In this document: positions 18,314 to 26,351 of the stretch, piece by piece
How the letters are laid out: every line of letters begins with the position of its first letter
Position numbering within the stretch: position 1 is the stretch's first letter
NCBI GenBank assembly: GCA_045863295.1
Contig: BTWA01000035.1
Location: 1-31,032 of the forward strand
DNA: 31,032 bases
Source: Candidatus Hydrogenedentota bacterium
Lineage (GTDB): Bacteria; Hydrogenedentota; Hydrogenedentia; Hydrogenedentales; SLHB01
Direction: 5' to 3'
The notes under the pieces: model-generated
Databases searched by the model: none
Told to the model about the DNA's origin: nothing
Seen by the model: only the letters and a program-made list of their open reading frames with translations
Program-made: the position numbers and the translations under genes

Positions 18314-18441
18314 GGGAAAATCTCCTGATTGTTGTTGTTGATTGGATATCCTTCGAACGCGCCATCCTGAGAGTCTATTCCAATTGGGTACCGGATCGTG
18401 TGCCGGTTGAAGTTGAGACATCGAAGTGAGCCGGTCCAAAT

Positions 18442-18846
18442 CTATTTCTCGTCCAACTCGGCCTCGGATATGGATATGCTGGTGATGCCGGCGGTGCGGC
18501 TGTTGTCCATGACCCGGGCCAAGGAATCCAGCGGGGCGTCGGGATGCACGGAAAGGAGTATTCCGTCGGGGAAATTCGTTTTTTCCGACCGGAGTTTCTC
18601 CACAACGGCACCCGATTCTATTCGCTCGCCGTCAATGACCAGTGCACCATCCTGCGCCACCTCGACCAGCAGGGTCTTGGTTTCGGCATCGGATTCGCTG
18701 GTGCCTTCCGCGGATTCGAGCATGGTGGGCAGGCCCGTGTAGTTCAGCAGCGGCGCAACCACCATCATGATGATGAGCAGCACAAGAAAGATGTCGGTCA
18801 AGGGGGTGATGTTGATTTCCGCGATGACTCGTTTTGATCCTGCCAT
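18442..18846 (-). CDS. exbD: ExbD/TolR family biopolymer transport protein (copy 2)
   Basis: AEINITPLTDIFLVLLIIMMV (conserved TM Asp); periplasmic domain ...VMD..R.AGI. Confidence 0.9.
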   Translation of the reverse strand: MAGSKRVIAEINITPLTDIFLVLLIIMMVVAPLLNYTGLPTMLESAEGTSESDAETKTLLVEVAQDGALVIDGERIESGAVVEKLRSEKTNFPDGILLSVHPDAPLDSLARVMDNSRTAGITSISISEAELDEK

Positions 18847-18867
18847 TTCGCGCGCCTTTCCTTGCGC

Positions 18868-19335
18868 CTATTGAACAGCCGCGGGCTGCGGGATTTCGGG
18901 AAGCGTGACTGTTGTGGCGCCCGGCGCGGCTTCCTTGCCCTCACCCGCCACGAACATCATTTCAAAACCGGCGATCTCGGCTTCCCGCATGATTCTCAAT
19001 ACGCCGCTGCTCTTGGTCGACTTATCTCCGCGAATGACAATCTTCTTTTCCTTGACCGTATTGACTTTCTCGGCCAGTTTCGCGGCCAGCGCATCGTCCG
19101 GTACGGGCTGCCCTTCGATATACATGACGCCGCTTTTGTCGACGTCGACCATCAGCCATTCATTGCTGAGCGCATCGGCTTTGGTGACTTGCGGCGTGGC
19201 AATATCGCGTTTGTAATTCGAGAGCGCGGGCGCGGCCACCATCACCATCACGAGCAACACCAAGAAGACGTCCGTAAGCGGCGTGATATTGATTTCGGCA
19301 ATGGTCTTCCGGGATTTTCCGAAGCGGTAGGCCAT
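18868..19335 (-). CDS. exbD: ExbD/TolR family biopolymer transport protein (copy 1)
   Basis: AEINITPLTDVFLVLLVMVMV, IVIRGDK, IMREAEIAGF; ATG 19335 immediately after the exbB stop. Confidence 0.9.
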   Translation of the reverse strand: MAYRFGKSRKTIAEINITPLTDVFLVLLVMVMVAAPALSNYKRDIATPQVTKADALSNEWLMVDVDKSGVMYIEGQPVPDDALAAKLAEKVNTVKEKKIVIRGDKSTKSSGVLRIMREAEIAGFEMMFVAGEGKEAAPGATTVTLPEIPQPAAVQ

Positions 19336-19336
19336 C

Positions 19337-20005
19337 TCAGATCTGCCTTTCCTCGTCGGCCCAGATGCGGCCCGAGCGGCGCGAAAGGTTGGGCTGCGGG
19401 CCGGGGCCTGCGCTGAGACACGCGAGTTTGATGAGTTCAAAATCCTTGGCCAATTCGCCCGCCAGAGTGTAGAGGTAATTGTTTACGGACACGGCATAAA
19501 TGGCCACGGCCAAGCCAAAGGCCGTTGCAATGAGCGCCGACCCGATACCCGCCATGATCTTGTTGGTATCGCCCCCGCTGCTCATGTTCGCCATATCGCC
19601 AAACGTAAGCAGAATGCGGACAACTGTGCCAAAGAGACCCAAGTAGGGACTGATGGTGGCAATCGTGCCCATCATCGTAAGGCCGCGTTCCAACTGACGC
19701 GATGCAAGAGACGAAGACACTTCGAACAACTGTTCGAACCGATCAGGCCGTTGTTCCAGCGACCGTACTGCCATGGACGCGACCCTGGGCAAAAGTCCTT
19801 TGTGCCTTTCGGCGAAATCCTTTGCTTGAGGCAACCCTTTTTGCAGTTCGTCTTGAAACGTCAGGATGAATTCTTCCGATCCGGCACGGTGACGCCGAAA
19901 ATACCAGATGCGTTCCAACGTGATGGCTACCGCGACCACGGAACAAATCAAGATGGGCACGAGTACCGGCCAATCGTGCATTATGGTGAACTTAATCAGA
20001 TCCAT
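19337..20005 (-). CDS. exbB: MotA/TolQ/ExbB proton channel family protein
   Basis: TIATISPYLGLFGTV, GIGSALIATAFGLAVAI; SD GAGGAG. Confidence 0.92.
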   Translation of the reverse strand: MDLIKFTIMHDWPVLVPILICSVVAVAITLERIWYFRRHRAGSEEFILTFQDELQKGLPQAKDFAERHKGLLPRVASMAVRSLEQRPDRFEQLFEVSSSLASRQLERGLTMMGTIATISPYLGLFGTVVRILLTFGDMANMSSGGDTNKIMAGIGSALIATAFGLAVAIYAVSVNNYLYTLAGELAKDFELIKLACLSAGPGPQPNLSRRSGRIWADEERQI

Positions 20006-20314
20006 CGACGGACATTCTCCTCAAGCACTGACATCGCAGGGCAACTTCAGCGGGTGTTCGAAGCAGGCAACGCCCGGAGGCGGGTTCAATTTGAACCCCA
20101 TCTGTACGGTGCATGGATTCGGCACCCACAAGGGGTGCGGTTGTGACAGGGAATTAGACGCGATAGCGGTGCCTCGAATCAAGCAATTTCGGGCTTTGGC
20201 GGCTATTCTCCCGTCCAGCTCCTTAACCAATCGCATTATCCCTGACGAAGGTAACCGGTTGCGCAATCCGATACTGAGTCGGCACCTTAGGGTGTGGAAT
20301 TGGCGGAGTGACCC

Positions 20315-23209
20315 CTAATCTTCATCAATAAGAAATGCCAGCAAATCGCGAAGCTCCTGCTTTGAAATATTGGCTTCCAACTGCTCTGGCATCAGCGAAA
20401 GGCTCGCAGTTGTGATGGAATGGATGTCGGAACGCTTTACCGTCACGTTGACGCCCAGAGCCTGCCGAATAGTAACCGCCGTGTCCGTCGACGCGCTCAT
20501 AACGCCGGAATACATCTCCCCCGTTTCGGTTTCCACCACCACTTGCTCGTACCCTGCGGTCACTTCGCGGTTGGGGTCGATAATGTGCAGCAGAATGGTC
20601 TCTGCGGGTTTGAGCCGCACGTCCGACAAGTCGGGTCCCACTTCGTAACCCATGCCCTGGAATTTGTGACATTGAGCGCACACATTCAGGTATACGAGTC
20701 TTCCGGGTTTGGTACTTCCTTCCATGGTCAAAATGGACTTGTAGTCATTGAACACCGACTCCCGAGATACCGCCTGCAATGTGCCAAACAAAACATCCGC
20801 CCGTTTTTGGATCGCGGGGTCCGTGTGTTTCAGAAGGGCTTGGCGCGAGGTTGGTGGCACCATGTTGGGTTGCACCACACCCGCTTCGATGGCGTCGAGC
20901 AGCGCGGGCACGCGATCGCCGCGAGAGAGTACGGCATTCAACGCTGCCGTACGGACCGGCGGTGCACAGGCGGCCCACGTATCGGGATTGAGCAAGGACG
21001 GGGCCACCCTCACGTCGGCTATGGCCGACAGCGCCTGGACCGCGGCAATCGAAATCTCCTGGTCTGTGCCGGCGCCCAGCAGCGACACGATCCTTTCTCC
21101 TGCCGTGTCGAAGCCGGCGTAACCCAGAAGATGCAGGGCTGCAATTCGGTCTTTTGCGGCGGCTTTTGTATCGACGGCGATATCCAGACATTTTTGAATC
21201 AACAAATCAAAGATGGGGTCACTCGCGGCGGCCGCGATGCGAGCCAGCGGGTAAGGCGCTTCTGGATACGATTCGTTTTGTGCAGCCCCTTCGGCGGCGC
21301 CGGATGCGCCTGCCACGACGGTGCCAAGGGAGAAGCCGCGCGCAGGATCGGTGACTTGTCTTAGGGTGGTCACGGCAACCGGCGGCATTTCCGCTTCCGC
21401 AATCATGCGCGCCAGAGGCTGCAACAAGGCGGCAAGGCCTTCGCTGTCTGGCGGGTTTGCGGCTAAAAGGTGGCTTGCCATTGCCGCCAGATTTCCATGC
21501 GCCGCGCCGAGAACGGCGAGACGTGTCCATTCGTTGCCGATGTCGCGGAGAACAATGGACGCGAGCCGTTGCGCATCCTCCGCGTCATTCACTCTTCCCA
21601 GCGCGATGGCACACCGAAAGCGGACCGCCGCGTCGTCGTCATTTGCCAGTTTCCGGATGCTTTCGACCACGGCGCCGGATATCCGATCCGTTTCGGTCGC
21701 GATCTGCACCGCATGGTCCCGCACGCGCGGATCGGTGTCGTTCAATGCAACAAGGATGTCGTCTTCACTGATCGCACCAAAACCCTGGAGCAGTCGCAGG
21801 GCATGCAATCGTGCCAGCGGCATTGTGGCTTCAAGCGCCAATGCCCGGACAACATCGGTTTTCGACGGGTCATTGGATTCGAGAAGAAGCCGGTGGGCCG
21901 TTTCGCGTTTCCAGCTGTTTTGCGACGCCAGTGCGGCGGCAAGTCCTGCCGTTGTCCGATCGCCGTTTGCCTGATTGGCCAATGCCTTTGCCGCAACCGG
22001 GGCGGTCTTGGCGGAAATCCGGTAGATTCGGCCACGGTCGTTGCCGACGAAAAAGTCGATTTTGGCGGCGGCTTCCTTGGGCAGGTAGGTCGGATGCTCG
22101 ATGGTGAAGCGATACATGTCGCAGATGTACAACGCGCCGTCGGGTCCGTTGGCCGTGAAGACCGGCCGGAACCAATTGTCCTTGCTGGCGAGGAATTCCT
22201 TTTTATCTTGCGCCCGCCGGGCGACAAAAGTTGGTCCGTCCGGGGTCAGGACATCGCGGTGAACCAGATTGCCGGTGGGATCGCAGGTAAACGAATTGCC
22301 TTTGTATTCGGCCGGCAACGCATCGCCCCGGTACACGCAAATGCCGCAGGCCGCCGTGAACGTGCCGATGTGCGAATAGGCCGTGGTCACATTGTCGCTT
22401 ATCGGATAGATTCGCGCGGCCTCGCCGTGTTCCGGAATGTCGGCCACGGTATTCATCGGTCCCAACAGGGGGTTGCGCGCGAGCCACCGGGGATCCATAA
22501 CCGAGTGTTGAATGTGTTTTCGATTGCTGCACACGAACCGGTTTCCGTGGTCATCAAAGGTCTGTCCAAACTGCGCCTGGCCTGCGACGCTTTCCATGGA
22601 GCCGTTGAACGGGTTATAGCGAAGGTCAGCCCCCCCCATCTCGACCACGGCTTGATCCGGAAACTGACGGGAGGTCACTTTGCCGCCGCTTAATCCGTTG
22701 GTCAGATAAATCCAGTTGTCCAGACCGAGCGTGGGGTGGCTTACGCGCAATTGGGTCGAACCGCCGAGGGCAAACCCGGTGAGAACTACGTCGCGCACGT
22801 CCGCTCGATTGTCTCCGTCGGTGTCCTTAAGGTAGATGAGGTCAGGCGCGCAAGTGACGAGCCATCCATCCCGCCAGGGCATGAGTCCATTGGGGAAGTC
22901 GAATCCTTCCGCAAAGACGGTGCGCGTTTCGAATTGTCCATCCGCGTCGGCGTCCGTAAGCAGGACGACGCGCCCCAATGGCGGATCGGTTTGGGTCGGG
23001 TATCCGTTGTCTTCAACAACAAACAGCCGGCCCTGATGGTCGAACGCCAAGGCGACTGGATCCACCACAGCCGGTTCGCAGGCGATCAATTCAATGCGCA
23101 GACTGTCGTCAATCTGAAAGGTGTCCAACGTATTTTCCGGCAGGACCGGTTCGATCTGTTGTGCTTGGGCGAGCCCGCCTAACGCAAGGCAGATTAGAAA
23201 AGGGCGCAT
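20315..23209 (-). CDS. PVC-type heme-binding CxxCH protein (beta-propeller dehydrogenase-like domain, HEAT repeats, cytochrome c)
   Basis: Signal peptide; EPAVVDPVALAFD, FTAACG...YRGDALP, FLASKDNWFRPV...GPDGALYICDMYR..IEHP; HEAT repeats; CAQCH, VGPDLS, SLMPE.LE; ATG 23209 (alternative GTG 23221). Confidence 0.92.
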   Translation of the reverse strand: MRPFLICLALGGLAQAQQIEPVLPENTLDTFQIDDSLRIELIACEPAVVDPVALAFDHQGRLFVVEDNGYPTQTDPPLGRVVLLTDADADGQFETRTVFAEGFDFPNGLMPWRDGWLVTCAPDLIYLKDTDGDNRADVRDVVLTGFALGGSTQLRVSHPTLGLDNWIYLTNGLSGGKVTSRQFPDQAVVEMGGADLRYNPFNGSMESVAGQAQFGQTFDDHGNRFVCSNRKHIQHSVMDPRWLARNPLLGPMNTVADIPEHGEAARIYPISDNVTTAYSHIGTFTAACGICVYRGDALPAEYKGNSFTCDPTGNLVHRDVLTPDGPTFVARRAQDKKEFLASKDNWFRPVFTANGPDGALYICDMYRFTIEHPTYLPKEAAAKIDFFVGNDRGRIYRISAKTAPVAAKALANQANGDRTTAGLAAALASQNSWKRETAHRLLLESNDPSKTDVVRALALEATMPLARLHALRLLQGFGAISEDDILVALNDTDPRVRDHAVQIATETDRISGAVVESIRKLANDDDAAVRFRCAIALGRVNDAEDAQRLASIVLRDIGNEWTRLAVLGAAHGNLAAMASHLLAANPPDSEGLAALLQPLARMIAEAEMPPVAVTTLRQVTDPARGFSLGTVVAGASGAAEGAAQNESYPEAPYPLARIAAAASDPIFDLLIQKCLDIAVDTKAAAKDRIAALHLLGYAGFDTAGERIVSLLGAGTDQEISIAAVQALSAIADVRVAPSLLNPDTWAACAPPVRTAALNAVLSRGDRVPALLDAIEAGVVQPNMVPPTSRQALLKHTDPAIQKRADVLFGTLQAVSRESVFNDYKSILTMEGSTKPGRLVYLNVCAQCHKFQGMGYEVGPDLSDVRLKPAETILLHIIDPNREVTAGYEQVVVETETGEMYSGVMSASTDTAVTIRQALGVNVTVKRSDIHSITTASLSLMPEQLEANISKQELRDLLAFLIDED

Positions 23210-23313
23210 GGATAGAGGCACTCCGTGGATGCTTGCGATGGGCCATAGTACATGGACGACCGGTCAAGATGCCAAGAGCGGGGCCGTATAACGGCGGTGT
23301 GGAGGCGGGTCGG

Positions 23314-24753
23314 TCAGGCCGCGCCTTTGGCGAGCAAGACTACCTGGAACGTCCGAAAGATGATGCGAAAGTCTTCCAGGATATTCCAATTGTCGATGTA
23401 GGCCAGATCGAGTTCGACCCACTCTTCAAAATTGAGGTCGCTGCGGCCGCTTACTTGCTGCAGTCCGGTCAGGCCGGGCCGCACGCTCAAGCGACGGCGT
23501 TGATCCCATGTGTATTTCGCGACTTCCTTCGGCACTGGAGGGCGTGGACCGACGAGGCTCATGTCACCCACGAAGACGTTCCAGAACTGGGGTAATTCGT
23601 CCATGCTGAATTTGCGCATCCAACGCCCCATGCGGGTCATCCGCGGGTCGCGCTTCATTTTGAAGACCGGTCCATCCGCTTCGTTCAGGGCGGCCAGTGA
23701 TTCCTTCAATTCCTCCGCATTAATCACCATGGATCGGAACTTGATCATCTTGAATCTGCGCTGATTCAGTCCGACGCGTTCTTGATAAAAGAACACGGGG
23801 CCTTTGGAATCCAGCTTCAGGAGTATAGCTAAAACCGGAAACAGCCACGACGCCACGAGCACGAGAAATACACTGGACACCACCAGATCGACCGCTCGTT
23901 TGATCATTAATTGCATCGACGCTTCGGGGATGGTCGAAAGAGACAGTATGGGAATATCTTCCATCTGTCTGACCCGGCTGGTTGCAACGCGCACAGGAAA
24001 GAGGTCCGCGATCATGCGCACGGGTACCCCCACCCCCTCGCATAAATGGGCCATGCTCAGTATTTCCTGGTAGAACCGCCGCACGGGAAGTCCGATAAAC
24101 ACTTCGTCGACGACCTGGTTGGACAGGATGTTTTCCAACTCCGACGTGGAGCCCAACAGGGCCAAATTGAGGCCTTCCATATCTTTGAGCCGTCGAGGTT
24201 CGTCTTCGAGAATTCCGACAAATTGATATCCGTATCCGCCGTGGCGCTGGATCACTTCCACCAAATGGCGCGAGCGCGGGTTGGCGCCGACAATAAGAAT
24301 CTGGCGGAAATTGTAGCCGCGCCGCCGGATGGCGTACAGGGCCATTCGCAACCCAACGCGAAAAGCGATAAGCAGGAGCACATTGCCTATGCCGAAATAA
24401 AGGAGGAATTGGCGGTCGGCAGCGGTGAATTCCCTTCGGCCGATAAAGAATGTGACCAGACCGGTAATGGCCAAGGCTATTACGGCGGCACGGGCAATGT
24501 GGCCTATCTGGTGTAGCAGACCGATGCCCCGCTGAGAACTGAAAAGGCGCTGGTCCAGTGCCGACATGCACCAGACCAAGATGTACACGGCGAGATAGAA
24601 TCGGTAGGAGACGAATTGTTCGAACAAGCCGACGCTACCGTCGGCGGGCAACGTCAGATAGGCGGCAAGAATGCACGAGGCCGCGATGCAGGTGCTGTCC
24701 AGCACCGCCATCACGTACGTAAATGAACTGGCGTGTCGCTTCAGAAAACCCAC
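23314..24753 (-). CDS. Polyprenyl-phosphate phosphoglycosyl transferase (WcaJ/CpsE-like initiating sugar transferase)
   Basis: N-terminal TM helices, ILIVGAN CoA-binding-like domain, KRAVD, KFRSM, DPRMTRMG..RK.SMDELPQFWNV..GDMSLVGPRP, RPGLTGL.QVSGR. Confidence 0.95.
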   Translation of the reverse strand: MGFLKRHASSFTYVMAVLDSTCIAASCILAAYLTLPADGSVGLFEQFVSYRFYLAVYILVWCMSALDQRLFSSQRGIGLLHQIGHIARAAVIALAITGLVTFFIGRREFTAADRQFLLYFGIGNVLLLIAFRVGLRMALYAIRRRGYNFRQILIVGANPRSRHLVEVIQRHGGYGYQFVGILEDEPRRLKDMEGLNLALLGSTSELENILSNQVVDEVFIGLPVRRFYQEILSMAHLCEGVGVPVRMIADLFPVRVATSRVRQMEDIPILSLSTIPEASMQLMIKRAVDLVVSSVFLVLVASWLFPVLAILLKLDSKGPVFFYQERVGLNQRRFKMIKFRSMVINAEELKESLAALNEADGPVFKMKRDPRMTRMGRWMRKFSMDELPQFWNVFVGDMSLVGPRPPVPKEVAKYTWDQRRRLSVRPGLTGLQQVSGRSDLNFEEWVELDLAYIDNWNILEDFRIIFRTFQVVLLAKGAA

Positions 24754-24928
24754 GAACTAATCCACGGTCCATTCCTTTTGCCCGCTCCGGGCGGGACGCA
24801 TTGTATCTTCGTCAGTCCGGGCTGGACGGGTGTGGCGAGCGAGCTACGTCGCTCGGCGCAACTGGAATGGGTAAGGTCCCTGATTGGGTCCGTGCTCGCA
24901 TGGAGCTATCGGCCCAATCTCGCTGCGA

Positions 24929-24958
24929 AGCTTATATCGATTTTCAACTAAGTGTCAA
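24929..24958 (-). promoter_or_regulatory. Putative sigma70 promoter of the sugar transferase gene
   Basis: Perfect TTGACA followed by N18-TAAGCT (or N16-TATAAG) in an AT-rich patch. Confidence 0.6.
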
Positions 24959-25130
24959 GAAATTGGCGTTCCTGAACCCACTGGGGTAAAAAGGGGGCAT
25001 CACTTCGGAGAAAACTCCGGGGCACCCCGTATTGTTCCTTGCTTCAAAATAGCGATGCTTACCTCAAATGGGTCACAGGGTACTGCCTGAACCGGGGAGT
25101 AACGCGCCTTGCATTTTGCTTGGCAACCTC

Positions 25131-25160
25131 TTGAACAACAAGGGCGTAGGTTGCTAAACT
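25131..25160 (+). promoter_or_regulatory. Putative sigma70 promoter of the Gld-like ABC operon
   Basis: TTGAAC-N18-TAAACT with TG extended -10; inverted repeat GCAACCT (25123-25129) / AGGTTGC (25148-25154) brackets the -35. Confidence 0.45.
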
Positions 25161-25391
25161 TGGGGATCGCTGCCCGAGACAAACTTGCGGCATGTCTCTT
25201 GCTTTCGCTGCAGTGGGATGGAGCATGCCTGAATTGGACCGGGCAGAATCCAAGCAACATCCGGCGGACTCAACGAACTCTTTCTCGAGCGGTACGATTG
25301 CGTCCGGTCTTCGTTTTCGAAGTAAGGGGAAGGATGTATAAATGGTTTTCGGATCAACACTTGGGTGTCAATCGCAGAGGGGAACAGACCG

Positions 25392-26351
25392 ATGATTAGA
25401 GCGGAAAACCTCACGATGCATTACGGCCCTGTGGTGGCATTGAACGATGTTTCGTTCGAGGTCAAGCAGGGCGAAGTGGTGGGGTTGCTGGGCCCGAACG
25501 GTGCGGGCAAATCCACCACCATGAAGATACTGACCACTTACCTGCATCCTACCCGGGGCAAGGCCGTGGTCAACGACGTGGACGTGCTGAAGGAGCCGTT
25601 GAAAGCGCGCAAATCAATCGGTTACCTACCGGAAATGCTTCCACTGTATATGGACATGGAAGTGCGGGGGTACCTGAAGTTTGTGGCGCAGGCCCGGGGG
25701 CTCTCGGGTGCGCGGTTACGCGAACGCATGGACATCGTGGTGGAAGAATGCGGCCTGAAACCGATGTTCCGCAAGGTTATTCGCGAATTGTCCAAGGGGT
25801 TCAAGCAGCGCACGGCGCTGGCGCAAGCGCTAATTCACGATCCGGACATCATTATTCTGGACGAGCCGACTTCGGGTCTTGACCCGCACCAGATAGTTGA
25901 GATTCGGCAGTTGATCAAGGGGTTGGCCGAAGGCAAAACCGTAATGCTCTCGACCCACATTTTGCAGGAAGTTGAGGCGACGGCGGATCGCATCATCATT
26001 ATCAGCAACGGTCGCATTGCCGGCACGGGCACGATTGAACAACTTCGAGAGCAAGCCAACCAGCATGAACGCACGCGTATCAGTGTACGAGGCGACAAGG
26101 CCGAAATTCAGCGGCTCCTTTCGGGCATCAGCGGAGCGCAGCGCGCGGAGTTCCTCTCCGAAAAGGGCGGATTCGTTTCCTTCCTCCTGCATGCCAAGAT
26201 GGGGACGGAACTGTGGCGTGAGTTGGGCGCGCTGGCGAAAGCCCGGAACTGGGAATTGCGCGAACTTACAGAGCGGCCGTTGACGCTGGAAGAGACGTTT
26301 TTGAAGTTGACCGAGAAGACCGGTGAAGCTCGGGGGAGTCTTGCATCATGA
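25392..26351 (+). CDS. ABC transporter ATP-binding protein (GldA-like)
   Basis: GPNGAGKST, IGYLPE..PLY.DM.V..YL.F, LSKGFKQR..LAQALIHDP, LDEPTSGLDPHQI, STHILQEV; ATG 25392 with SD GAGGGG. Confidence 0.95.
   Translation: MIRAENLTMHYGPVVALNDVSFEVKQGEVVGLLGPNGAGKSTTMKILTTYLHPTRGKAVVNDVDVLKEPLKARKSIGYLPEMLPLYMDMEVRGYLKFVAQARGLSGARLRERMDIVVEECGLKPMFRKVIRELSKGFKQRTALAQALIHDPDIIILDEPTSGLDPHQIVEIRQLIKGLAEGKTVMLSTHILQEVEATADRIIIISNGRIAGTGTIEQLREQANQHERTRISVRGDKAEIQRLLSGISGAQRAEFLSEKGGFVSFLLHAKMGTELWRELGALAKARNWELRELTERPLTLEETFLKLTEKTGEARGSLAS

Noticed and set aside
20021..20266. 81-aa ORF or cobalamin riboswitch upstream of exbB
   Set aside because: The ORF has no SD or TonB-like features, and no B12-box or other riboswitch consensus is visible.
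21470..22693. 407-aa plus-strand ORF
   Set aside because: Antisense shadow of the PVC-type heme-binding gene.
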